DNA of 64,000 bases, taken from assembly GCA_026914245.1 (NCBI GenBank), contig CP110439.1, positions 7,130,001 through 7,194,000 on the forward strand. The letters run 5' to 3'. The translations under genes and the position numbers were made by a program. Below, in pieces: positions 40,158 through 52,462 of the stretch. The notes beneath the pieces are model-generated. The model saw only the letters and a list, made by a program, of their open reading frames with translations, searched no databases and had not been told where the DNA came from. Every line of letters begins with the position of its first letter. Within the stretch, counting starts at the first letter, position 1. The DNA comes from Puccinia triticina (Eukaryota).

Positions 40158-41430
40158 GGTAGGCTAAGGTATGGATGCGGGTTTTTGCTTTATGAAATTT
40201 AGTTTATTGAGAAGCCACAGAGGAGAGCCTGTTGAGGTCTATTGAGGTGGATCTCACAATCAAATCAGGTTTGTCGGTTGGAGAGGTGATCAGAATAGGA
40301 AAGATTGCCTGGCGGGAGGATCAGGCTCTGATGGCCGCCCCGTTAGTCCTCTAAATAGAGCACTTATACCAGGAGGTATTCCGTGAGAGACGAGGTCCAA
40401 GAGACCACAACAACATTGCGACGACGATGTCCCAGCGTCGGGTTTTCCTAGCGCACATACGCGTGCAGCCTGCCGGTGGATAACCGGCTGGCAGAACCCG
40501 TCTGGATCAGATCTGAGTGAGAAAGCCCCCCAGGATGCAAAAATAATTAATAATTCATATGGCCGAACTTCCACAGCTCCCTGTTCCGCAAGCATTAAGT
40601 TGGAGATCGAAGCGCGGCGGTCTGGCTCAGCCTGCTTCAAGTTCAATTGCGAGCCCGGCACACAGCGGTTTGGCTCTTGCGGTCCATCTCTACATCAACC
40701 CAGTTTTTCTCTCCCACACGGCAGACGTGGACATCCGCAGAGCCAACTGATCCCATCGGCAATTAGGGTTTTCCACTTTTTGTTTGGTAAACGTGGGCCA
40801 TTTTCTTGAGCCCACTACATACACACGTGTGCCCGGTTGACTTGCTGCCTCTTGCCGAATGATGTGGATGTGGAGAGGTTGGATGATTGTAGTCGGATTG
40901 ATCAATAATAATTCGAGTCTCCACGGCCATCATGATCCCCAAACCGCAGGGTCAGAGCCTTGAAAGAGACACAAAAGGTATTTGTGTAAGCGACTTAGAT
41001 CTGATGCAGTGGCCCAGCAGAGGCTTGCCCACCTGTGGTTTTGTGTTGAGCATGTAGTTTTGATCATTAATACCTGGGGTAGACTCGTCTCTCTGCACCG
41101 TCAAGTGTGCTCGGTCAAAATTCCCTGTGAGGATGACTGAAGGAAAGATGCCGGCGATATAACCTAGGATCAATACTTTTCTCAGTGAAGCTCTGAGACC
41201 CCAAAGCTGAGTTATTCATGGTGGGCTTTTTGGGTTGTGCTTGTGTGTAGTTCCCAAATGAGCCACATCTTGCTGATTTCTGGCAGAGAGCCTTGGTTAA
41301 AGCGGGCTGGCTGGCTGAGCAGCTTCGCCGCAGCATGGGGGCTACGCCTGGGGGAGGATGTCCTGGGCTTTTCACCTGCGTCTTACTCGGCTGTCGACTG
41401 GCAATCAACCAGCCACAGACAGGCTCAGCC

Positions 41431-43768
41431 ATGGCGAACATCGACCCAGCATTCAGCGACCAACAGGAAACGGTCAACAGCAGCAACGACAACGACAACA
41501 CCAACAGCAGCACCAGCCACACACACCAAAACCATCACCAGCACCAGCGCAAACGATCCAGGCAGTCATCCCCAGTGGCACCAGGAAAACAAGCAGAACA
41601 GCAACAACAACATGACCTCTCATCACTCGACCCAACCCTCTCGGCAATCAACGACAGCATGGCGGCCGAACTCCAGCAACACAACCCAAAACGCAAGCGA
41701 GACTCAGCCCAGCCAGACATCGACCAGCACTCAAACAACAGCCGGCCCTCACTCGACACCCTCCAACTAGCCCACCTCATCACCTCCATCCAAGCCCATC
41801 GTAAGTTCCTCACTTCAACCGAAGAAGCCCAACACCCAGACTCACCAAGCACCTGGCTCCCATTCAAGCAGAACCGCCCCCCTCCGAACCACCCTCGAGC
41901 ACCCATCTGGCCGGCTACAACATCCTGCCAGACTACTTGCTCCCCTCTGCACCCGCACTCGAGCCAGAATGGAAGGACAAGTTTGAGACGGCCCTGAGCC
42001 CATTGAAGCTAGAGGTAAGGCACCCTCTTCTTGAAACTAAAATCCCCAGACTCAGAGAGATCTCACCTTCCTATCCCCCCTCCAGATCTCTCGTCTCCGA
42101 TCACGCATCGAAACCTTGGAGGACGAGCGATTGGTGATGGCCCGCGAGATCACCTCCTTGAAGGGATGCCTGAACCTCTCCGATTTCACTCCCCGATCAT
42201 TCGTTGGATCCACCCACCAAACACCGATCTCTGCAGCCAGAGATCATCCAAGACCGACCGCGGCCCTCCTCGGCCGCCATCCGGCGCTTCACCACAACCA
42301 TGCCTTGGATATCCCCGTAGGCCCCCTGCCGGAGATTGGGTCGAGCAGCGCTCAAGCTCACCCGGCAGTCGGCTTGAACCATCCGCTTGCTGCCGTCCAA
42401 ACACCCACCTCCGCCGAGACCAAGCCTGGGATCCCCCAGCCGATCCTCAACGCCTCGTCCAAGTTCGAAACGGGGGGGACCAGTTTCCGGCGACAGAGCG
42501 CACGCAAGAAGTCCGAGGCCCCCGCCTCCTTCTCACCCACCTCGACCGCCACCCCAGCCAGCAGTAACAACCGGTCGAAGCATCGTAAGCCCGAGCTCTC
42601 CCGGACCGTCCGCGCCACCGTCTTCCGGCTCATGGGCGTCTCGTCCAGCCAGTCCCCCGTGCCCAGTGACGCCGGGCTGCCAAGCGAGACCTGCAGCAAG
42701 TTCGGAAACGAGAAGAGTCGGGCCTACCATGGCTACACCACCTCGCCCTGTTTCCCGGAGTATACCAACGAAGAGATCTTCGACCCGATCACGAAGACCC
42801 GGATCTGGCGGTGGGACTGGTCCAAGACGATCCGACAGTCCCAAAACAACACCAACTTTGCCAAGGAGATCCGCAACGTGATCGCCCGCGAGGCTGCGGA
42901 CCCGGTCCGGCCCATGCACACCGAGGTGCCCCCGAGCGACTGGCTCTATCTCGACGACGCTATCGACTCCGCTTACACTAACATGCGCAGGGAAAGAGAT
43001 AACCTCATCGATCCCACTAAAATGGTCAAGAAGGAGGTCCATCGCGCCCGTAACAAGAAGCGCGGACTCAAGGAAGATAAGTATAAGCGCCGGAGAAAGG
43101 CGCTCGACGAGTATCGCGCCGATCCGCAGAGCTTTGGCCAACGTCTACGGGACGCGAACCTGAGGCTACCCGAGAAGCCCATCCCGGTTATGGGAGGGGA
43201 GCATCAGCACCAGCAACAGCAGCAACAGGAGGAGGACGAGGAGGAAAGAGAGCGCTGGGACGACGCATTGGACATCAAGTACATGTCGAGTGAAGACGAA
43301 GCGCACGTCAACGACTTCACGAACCCGGTGCCGATCGGGCCCGAGAAGACGGACAACACGTTGGCGGCATCGGACAAAGTGTTTGCCATCTGTCGCCCCA
43401 CTTGGCGCTCCGACCAGCTCTACACCCTCTTCGCTGTCCTCGATACGATCAAGATGCCGGAGCGCGCTTATCGCAGAGTTCTCGGGCCGAGCCGGGAGAC
43501 CAGACCGCCGCTTGGCACCCCCGCTTGGAGTGCGTATATGCCCCTCTCCTTCGTCACTTGTGTGTGTGTGCTGACCGCGTCGATGTCTCTGTCAGTGGTC
43601 AACCCCGCATACTCCAACGCCTCTTCTTCGACCACTAGCCCCCTCCTCGACCCCGCGTCCGCAAACCCCTCGCATCTTGCCGCCCCCGCCCCGCCCCCGT
43701 CCGCCGCCCTTCCTCACCCCTCTTCCTCGTCCGCCGCCAAACCTGACCCTCAGATGTCTCCCTTCTGA
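41431..43768 (+). CDS. Uncharacterised, probably nuclear protein with coiled coil and YMSSED..RPTWRS motif; 4 exons, ~709 aa
   Basis: Exons 41431-41800, 41872-42014, 42086-43529, 43596-43768. Heptad LKLEISRLRSRIETLEDERLVMAREITSLK and basic stretch HRARNKKRGLKEDKYKRRRK. Confidence 0.75.
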
Positions 43769-44336
43769 CCCCTCCCATACACTACCCTCCCCCGAAAAAA
43801 AAACACCAGCTGTCGACCTAAGGCGGGTCTGGGGCCGCCATCCGGGCCGGCCACGCTTCGTATCCTGATACTTATATACTATATATTTCACACCCTGATG
43901 TGCGTTGGCGATCTTTGCCCTCGCTCCCCATCATCCCGTCCAAACCCTTGCCATCCACACCCTCACATACATAGATATCTGATGAAAGACCACCTGACAC
44001 ATGCGTTCCACGGACGCGGGCCATCGCCTGTCCCTTATTCTTATTTTTATTTTTTGGTTGCGGTTTATGTGACCTTTCTCTCTTGCTGGGGGGACAAGAG
44101 GCTGGTGTTGTACTGATGCACATGTTGGGATATGGCTTGCTGGGGCCTTGACCTGCTGACCTCTGCCACCATCAAGACCTAACACCCCCTGAAAATGTAT
44201 TAAAACAGTGCAGGACTTGCTGTGCAATCTGAGACCCCTGCAGGTGCTGGTCTAGACCCCAAAAGACTGGATTTTTGCAGGGAAATCTAGCTTTTTGGGC
44301 GCTAGGGGCAACAGTGAAACAGATACAATACAAATA

Positions 44337-44564
44337 GGGGGATTCAAAGTTGGCCATGCACGACTTGCATGCACTTTTGCAAGTTGGTTTTTAAGGCTTT
44401 TATTGAAGACCAAATTTCAAAAAAACATTCAAGCAGGCTTAGAGGGTGTAGTGCAGTGTGACTTGCAATGGCATGTACTTTTGCAACTTGGTGTTCAAGA
44501 ATGAACTTGAACACCAACTTGCAAAAGTGCATGCAAGTTGCATCTGGCCAACTTTGAAACCCCC
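44337..44564. mobile_element. TA-flanked MITE (Tc1/mariner-type)
   Basis: TA|GGGGGATTCAAAGTTGGCCA..ACTTGCATGCACTTTTGCAAGTTGG mirrored by CCAACTTGCAAAAGTGCATGCAAGT..TGGCCAACTTTGAAACCCCC|TA. Confidence 0.8.
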
Positions 44565-44641
44565 TAATACAGTATCTTCAGATATTTGTGTATTGTATCT
44601 GTTGACAATTACAGAATTTGTAAATCCAAATGGATTGGTGG

Positions 44642-44800
44642 ACTTCCTGTCACTTTTCAACAGATCTGGAATTTCAGATTTTGCAGGGAAATCTGAAATC
44701 TGGAACTCAAGATCACTTTGGGGATCTTTGGGGGCCTAAATTTCCCTGCAAAATCTGAAGTCTGGCCGCTCAGATCTGACTTTCCAGATTGACAGGAAGT
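44642..44800. repeat. Inverted repeat / MITE remnant
   Basis: ACTTCCTGTCA..CAGATTTTGCAGGGAAAT versus ATTTCCCTGCAAAATCTG..TGACAGGAAGT. Confidence 0.55.
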
Positions 44801-46251
44801 GCTTCATTGTTTCTACCTGTGGATACAATACCATAGTATTGTATCATTAAATGATTAAGACTTTATTTTCTTGTTTTTGGCCATGGTGGACTGGATACAG
44901 AAAAACTATCAAAAAATGTAAAAATAAAGTATCTTGTATTGGGCTGTATTTGTGACAAGATACCAAAGTTTGAATACATATGGATAGTATTGGTCTTTGA
45001 ATATAACACAAATAAATAGTATTGGGTGCAAAACACATACAAATACAGGCAGATACAGATAAATGTATTGTATATGTTTCACCATTGCTAGATGCCCACT
45101 TATCTTGATGGGAAGTCATCCAGTGCAAGGCTGGGAGCCTCCCAGACCTCTATTTACACACCCAAACTCTTCATTTTCAGTACAAAGGCATATGTTTTCC
45201 TAAGTCTGTAGTAAGGATGTAAACCGGTTGGGTTTGGGCCCAAAAACCATGTCCAAATCTGACCCAATGTTTAACTTAGGTTGGGTTGGGTTGGGTCAGA
45301 TTTGGAAATAGGCTGCCCAAATCCAAACCCCACTTGGAGTGTGTTGGGTTTGGGTTGGGTTGCCTCAGGTCCGGGATGACCTGGGGCTTTTTCTTCCACT
45401 CCTTTTCCAATTGTGTTCTTGTTTTGTTACTTTGATTTATTGTACACATCAGTATCATCCCCATGATCTTCTCAGAATTGGGTCTTGGGGCCCAATGTCT
45501 GGAGCCTGGAGGAGTCCTTTGGTACCTTTACAAAGACTCAGCTATCCTCTCCAACATCCTTGCCAAGCAGGGTTGCAAGGCCTTGGCCATCACCAAGAGT
45601 ACTGGCTGGACGAACATCCTCAGCAGCATCAGCTGGCTCCCTGTGCTTTCTAATGATCCAATGTCCAACCTCATCATCAATGCCAGTGCAATCTTGCTCC
45701 TCCCTCTCCACATCATCTGCAGCATCCACAGCTCCTTGAAAGCAAACTCACCAGGCTGTGTTACCTCAACACTTGTCTCCAGTGACCAGCAGACTGAGCA
45801 CAGTGCCCTCCAAGCCCTGGGCTAACCTGGACTATGAATAAACAGTTGGTAGCAGATTTAGCACCTGTGTAAGCATAGCACACAGGGGCTGATGAGAGAG
45901 CAAGGAATTTACTTGTCCTTGCCCCAGAGCCCACAGCCACAAGCTTCCACCATCATACTTTACCAATCAACCTGGCTCCAGGCAGAATTCACAATTGAGC
46001 CTACCTCAATGACCTGGGAGGTCTTGATATGCCATTAAAGAGAATATTAAATATATATTGGGCTCTATGAGGTTCACCATTCAATTCAACCTCCCTGAAA
46101 TTCTGATACGTACACTGTTCAAAATTGCAGTCTACTGCAGCACTTATCTGGCTATACTTTGGAATCTTACCTCATGGGGTCTGGCAGAAGAATGATGGTT
46201 GTCCCATTGGCAATTTGTGACAGTAGCCCATGACACAAGCCCAGAGCCTAC

Positions 46252-47154
46252 TAGAAATCTCTGAGTGGACCCGGGTACCTGCGGCGGGTACGGGTACCCA
46301 CGGTCATTTTGGGCATATTTAGATACCCGGACTTGGACCCACAACCCGTAGGGCGGGTACTGGTGGTACCAGTCGCGGGTATCACATGTACCACCTATGT
46401 TTCAACCCTCTAGTGGGTGTATGCCGGCTTCAAGGGTGGTGTAAGCTCTCAATGAACAGCACAGACCAGTCATCAAGGGTACATATTCCCTCTCAATGTC
46501 CAGCGCAAACTGGTCATTAAGAGGGTGTATGTATAAACTCTCAATGCCCGGTCTGGGCCGGATATCAAGAGGGTATGCGTGTAAACTCACGATGTCCAGT
46601 CTGTTCTGGAAATGAAGAGGGTGTGTGTATACCCTCCCAATTTCTGGCACAGACCGGACATGGAGAGGTTTTTGTGTATACCCCACCAATTTCCGGTCTG
46701 TGCTGGTCATTGAGAGGGTATATGTATACCCTCTTGATTTCCGGTATGTGCCGGTCATTAAGAATGTATGCCCTCCCGGTTTCCAGCACATACCATAAAT
46801 CAAGAGGGAATATATACACCCTCCCAATGTCCGGTCTGTGCCGGTCATCAAGAGTGTATGCCCTCTCGGTTTCCAGCACATAACGGACATTCAGAGGGAA
46901 TGCGTACACCCTCTTTATGTCTGGCACAGACCAGACATTGAGAGGGTATACATACACCCTCTTGATTTCTGGCACAGACCGGACATTGAGACGGGTTGTT
47001 GGTGAGCACACTTGGCGGGTACCTGAGCGGGTACCCACTCCTTTTTCTCCCAAATTTGCATGCATGGACTCGCACAAGGCACCCGTGGGCGGGTACCCGT
47101 ACTCGTAGCCCTAGAGGTGGCGGGCACCTCCAAACAACCCACAGGCAATCTCTA
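46252..47154. mobile_element. Non-autonomous hAT-type element, 8-bp TSD GAGCCTAC, filled with ~44-bp palindromic tandem repeats
   Basis: TAGAAAT.../...ATCTCTA ends. GAGCCTAC at 46244-46251 and 47155-47162. GGGTACCC subterminal motifs. Array at 46402-46990. Confidence 0.85.
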
Positions 47155-47340
47155 GAGCCTACTAAGCCTTCAAATACAATTCAAGTTGATTTGGACTGGA
47201 AGTGTGAATTGGCCAAAGTGAAAATCTGTTTTTTGCCATGTTCAGTTATAGATAGGATCAGCTTTAGTTTAAAATCAAATCAATATGGATTTAAGCTTGA
47301 GTTACACATGCTCCAACAGTTCAAATAAGTCTGGGTTACT

Positions 47341-47395
47341 CAAGAAACATACGTTCTGGCACTCTCTAGAGAGTGCCACACTTTCTCCCCTGGTG
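47341..47395 (-). mobile_element. Solitary terminus of the CACCA family (845-type left end, inverted)
   Basis: Reverse complement CACCAGGGGAGAAAGTGTGGCACTCTCTAGAGAGTGCCAGAACGTATGTTTCTTG matches 845-900. Confidence 0.75.
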
Positions 47396-48231
47396 GGTCA
47401 ACCGTGACATGTGGAAGCTCTAAGGAAGCCTGTGGTGTGAGACCAATATTTATTCAAAGGTTGAATCAACCATGATTCAATGCAGAATAGGGCCACACTG
47501 TCACAGGTACATTCCTCTGGTCTGCACTCAGGACTTCAGGAATGAAGTCAGCTGGACAGTGAGCATAAGATTTTATTTTTGTTATTAGCATCAAAGATTG
47601 AAATAATTTCTCACAACACATCACAGCAGTCTCTATATTGTTATTGAATTCTGTACCTGCTTTATAGAGCCTAGGCCCTCTCAAAAGCTGACCACTAGAA
47701 GAGGGCTGAGTATTGTTTGGAGGAGTGAGTAGACCTAACCCTTGACAAGGAGACTTTCTATACCCCCAATAGGCAGGGGCCCTTAGCCCTTAAAAGCATA
47801 TCTATTGGTTGACGCTGGGATCTGTGGTACCACAACATATTCTTGACTTCACATGAATTTGTGAATTGAGAAACCCCTGTTGTCCCTGTTTCATCACTTA
47901 TAAATCTGTTGGAACCCCAACAGCCATCAATTCATCTAAAGAATCATTCTAGGCAAGGAATGTTCCAGGTCATGTTTTTTTGAAAGGCAGGCAAGAAGAT
48001 GAATGGACACAAACATAAATCCAAAGTGAAATATGCACAGAAAATAGACAAAATGGTTAAGCTGTGCACTGGAAACTCTAGAATGAATACCAATGTTGGA
48101 CATGGCAAAAAGGTATTGGATTGGGGAAATAATATGGAGAAAGAGAAAGTAAAAGACACCGGGTGATTTTGGGTTTATCATTTGAATGGAGTAATGGAAA
48201 GAGGAGATTGGAATTGATTCACTGAAAAAGA

Positions 48232-49328
48232 CACCAGGGGAGATTTTGACGCACTCTCCAGAGAGTGCCATACTGTACCCTTTTTCCATAACTGTGCTGG
48301 ATGCCTTTGATGAAAGTAGTGTAAGAATTATGAAAAATTCTGGAACTAATCCACAAATGATCTGAAACTGATTCTGGATTCATGCATAAACCATCCAGAA
48401 GTCATGCAGAAGTCAACTGGAAAACAACTGGAATGTGGTTGAAACCACTAAGATACAATGGCCACAATCAATGCATAATTCAATTTGAACTGTTTGTTAA
48501 TTGAGATGAATTATTGGGGTTAAATTCATTTTATTTATATGTGCATGAAGTTGGTCATTGTTTTCACTTTGCTAATGTAACTGTCATGTGCGTGTGTGTA
48601 AGTTTTTTACAAATTGCAGGTTGGGCCTCCCGCAGATCAACAACATGTACACCCCTCTTAGAATGATGTGAAAGGCCCATCTGAATTGTCATATTTCCCT
48701 AAAGAAGGCCGGTATCATCTAGAATTGAGCCAAAAAAGGATGAAAGTAGGGTGAGAATATGAGTCAAGTCAAGCTTTGAGGTGTGTGGTCCCAGATTTCA
48801 GATAGACATCCTGGCTTCTTAACACGTATAACCTTGTGAGTTGTTTTTGTGTTTGTTTGTTTTCCAATGTCTCCATGCACATGCATGTGAGTTTTTTTCC
48901 ACTTTGCCAATGTCACATTTGTGTACGCGCGTACATTAGGGTGACAGATCACTGGAGGGGCCTTTCACAGCTACATTACAAGTAAAAACTGGTCAGAAAG
49001 CCATGAAAGCCCCCGCAAGTCACATTGACATTGTTTGGAACCCCTTTGACATAGAGAAATTGATCAACAGAAATTCACCATAAATGAGTAATAATTGGGC
49101 ATTGATTAACTATGATTTCATGAAAGATTGTAATTAAGTTATCCTTAGAAAATTAAATGGTTCTAAAGGTCCTGTGATAATTCCGCATCACTTCTGACAC
49201 ACTTCCCATTGACTTCTGAAGAGTTTATCAATAATTTCCTAATCCACATCTGGCTCACATCAGACCCAGAAAAACATAAAATTAGACTCTGGCACTCTCT
49301 GGAGAGTGCATCAAATTCTCCCCTGGTG
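48232..49328. mobile_element. Non-autonomous CACCA (CACTA-like) element, TSD AGA
   Basis: CACCAGGGGAGATTTTGACGCACTCTCCAGAGAGTGCCA ... TGGCACTCTCTGGAGAGTGCATCAAATTCTCCCCTGGTG. AGA at 48229-48231 and 49329-49331. Confidence 0.85.
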
Positions 49329-49864
49329 AGAGATCTTGGACAGGCAAGACCCAGAATCAAAGAAAGATGCAAATGTGTTGGCTATGACTTGATGAAAATC
49401 ATAATTTTCCCACATTTGTTGTCTGATAATTCAATCATAATAAAAAATATAGTTTTGGTGAAATGTGAAAATATTTATGTGCATACCACAAAAACTCTGG
49501 TTTTGCCAAGCTTTCACCTGATGTCAACCTGACTTCACCACATTGATTCCACTCAATTATACCACTGGCAAACAGGCCCTGAGGATTCAAGTATCAACTC
49601 TTTTAAAATGCAATCCTCAGCATGTAATTACCATATCAACTCAATCCCTTACACACTATTTATTACTCTATGCAGTTTTTCTAGCTGATTATCAGATCAG
49701 GAAAATCCCTCTACTAATATTTTTCTTCTCTACCCTTGGCTTTTCTTTAAGGCCCTTATTTTTATATTCTTTTCATACTATTCAGCAATCTTTTGATTAT
49801 AAGTTTTTTTGTTGTTGGATACAGTCACTGGCGAATATCTAGGCGTGCCATTGGCCTTGCTGTC

Positions 49865-51490
49865 TTAATAATAAGGAGAATAATCATGATAGTTTATCAC
49901 CTCCGGAGGCGGCATCCCCGGAATCAGTCCCATATACCCAGGTGGGGGTGGGGGTGGAGGCATTCCGGGTTTGGGTTGAACAATCAGAGCCGGGAGGGGC
50001 TGATGATATACCGGCGGAGCTGGACGATATGCCGACGGAGCTCGATGATATACCGGCGGAACTGGATGATACGCCGGCGGAGCCGGATGACATGCCGGCG
50101 CAGCCGAAAAACACCCGAGAATTGCGTCTAGAACCAAAAATCTTTGTTGCGGAGATTCGTCACATACTAATCTATACCCTTGAGATCCAGAGCCGCGTGG
50201 GTGCTCGAAAGATCCAAACCCCTCATGTGGTTGCTCAAAAAATCGGGACTCATCCGGGTGCTCAAAAGATCCAGCCTCATATGAAGGTTGCGCATCAAAT
50301 CCGCGCGCATACTCCAACTCGAGCAATTGTTCATACAATGTATACCCCGACCCGTATGGTTGCTCATGAGACCCATAGCCGCTTGTTTGCCCGGCATGCG
50401 TACCATCATCAATATCTCGTGTTTGAGGAGCTGGAGGGAGTGACTGTGGCTGTCCTTTAAGACCTACGTTGCAAGTTGGACAACGGTTATGTCCTGATGC
50501 AATGCAATCATCGAAACACTGTTTGTGAACCATGTGTGAACATGGCCATCCTTCTAGTGCAGTGTCTTCAGTCCTAGAACGTGAACAAGAAAATGGTTTC
50601 AAGTATTGTGTTTTCCAAGAAGCTTGGACGATTTCAGTAATTTTTTGTTTCATGTTATGGATTTATTTTCAGCTTCCAGATAGACTTCGGGCTTAAATAT
50701 CCCAGAGCCCTCATTTGATTGTAGCGTGTGTAACAGTCCTGAGCTTGGTCGGTCCCTCCGTTCGGGCAGAGGGCAGCAGCCCAGCTACTTGATGAGGGGC
50801 TGGGAGGGTAACAAAGCCTCTCCGGTTCCAAATATGAGCTTCGTTTTTCCAAAAGTCTACTCCCTGACCATCATCCGGAGAATGATGGCTCAGGGATTAG
50901 ATTTAGCCTTGGGCCTCATCTGACACCTGTCAAGACTAAGCGTGGAGTAAACATGAAAGATATGGGATCTGCCAGGATCTACCCCAAATAAAATTTTGTG
51001 AATGTGCCCAAGCTTCTCGGAAAAGACAATAGTTCATAATTCCTTTCTTCTTTGACGGGTGCAGCGGCTCTTGGCAGATTGAACAGATGTTTTCCTCCTC
51101 ATCCCCGGACACCTAACACCATTCAAGAATCCAAAAGGTACAGATGGTCAGTGCTTTCCTTAACCTGAAAGTATGTAGGATTATGACTGACTAAACGTTT
51201 AGAGAGACGATGCAAAGTATTGGGTCTGGAGAGCAACCCTGCAGGACTAGGAGTGATCACTGCAGTAGACGCAGATGTCACGCTTGCATCCAAAGAATGG
51301 TCTAATTCATCTAGTTTTCCCACAAGCTCAACTACTCTTCTAGAAGTCAATTTACATGCTAATTGAAAAAGCTTCCAACAGCAAAAAAAGCACAACGTAT
51401 TAGATTGGTGAACTTCACTGGCAAAGAGTAGACTGATAAACACATAAAAGGAAAATGTGTAACCAGGAAGCCTATCAGATTGAGGTAAAT
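49865..51490 (-). pseudogene. Disrupted paralog of the secreted RING protein (RING-H2)
   Basis: Exons 51490-51464, 51371-51192, 51112-49865 align with the 36791 gene. Start codon is ATT. A MITE splits the RING; its removal gives CSIC-...-CSHMVHKQC-...-CPTC. Confidence 0.8.
50606..51029. mobile_element. Tc1/mariner-type MITE inserted in the RING exon, TA TSD
   Basis: TA|TTGTGTTTTCCAAGAAGCTTGG ... CCAAGCTTCTCGGAAAAGACAA|TA; same family as 24318-24747. Confidence 0.85.
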
Positions 51491-52462
51491 TGCAAGCCTG
51501 TCTGCCCCAACAATTTCCAGGGATTTTGTTGAAAACCCGGGTGAGACTGGCGGATGACAACCCACATTTTTGAGGCCTATCTATGGTCACCAGGAATACT
51601 CTCAGCAACTGATGGGGTGTCTTTGGGAATTCTTGGTGAAAGTGATCTGCTGAGCCTGCACCTGCCTGAGGCTGTACGGCAAAAACCGGATAAGGTTTGA
51701 CAGATTTCAAAAGCTTACTTGAGACTTGCAATCAAGCGCTGCTGGAGATTTGGCCTTTTTCTCCCGCGCAATTACCACTGGATCACCTGAGAAAGACTAC
51801 GCGAAAACAAGGTTAGAGAACTAGTTGAGGTATCCTTTCCTGCTTGTATGTAGCAGAAGGAAGGCAAAACACGTTGGAGAAAAAAGCTGGCTTGCTTGAC
51901 TGTGAAATTTTAACCTGAATAGTTGCCAATCCTGTTGTCACAGTGCGCAAAGGCATGTAATTTACTGCCCAGAGCACAGTATGCTTTTTATCATTTCCCT
52001 TGTCAATCTCAGGTGATCAGTGATTGAATTACCAGCAGTTTTGGAAAAGGTTGGCGGACCAGGAAGAGATTTTTCATAACCTAGCCAAGCTTAACTGATG
52101 ACTGGCCTGTTTGTACTGAAAAGGTTAATTTTGAGACCCTGAACAGATAAAATTTGCATGACATTTCCAACTTGTTCAGAATCCTCAAAACCACCCTTAC
52201 CTTGGGGTAAATTGGGTTGCAGAATTTTATCCATAAACCTGTTAAAATTATAATTGAACTTGAATGTGAACAGGGCTAATGAGCAGATAAAGCATTTTCT
52301 TTACCAACATCACACCCTGGGCAAATCTGAGACATGTCCCCACAATCAGGTTAACATTCCCATAATTTCAAACATCATGTCTGATCCACAGACACTGCCA
52401 ACATGCCTGCAGAATGGAATCATAGTTTGGATCAGGAAATGGTCAGCTGATCATGTACATAA

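Noticed and set aside
45211..45830. GGTTG/CAACC repeats with a TAAGGATG hAT-like end and adjacent short ORFs
   Set aside because: No partner TIR or TSD and no transposase motif; too degraded to call.
49865..50653. 262-aa ORF as a stand-alone intact gene
   Set aside because: Its first ~16 codons come from the MITE and it lacks the first RING Cys pair; it is the 3' part of the disrupted gene.
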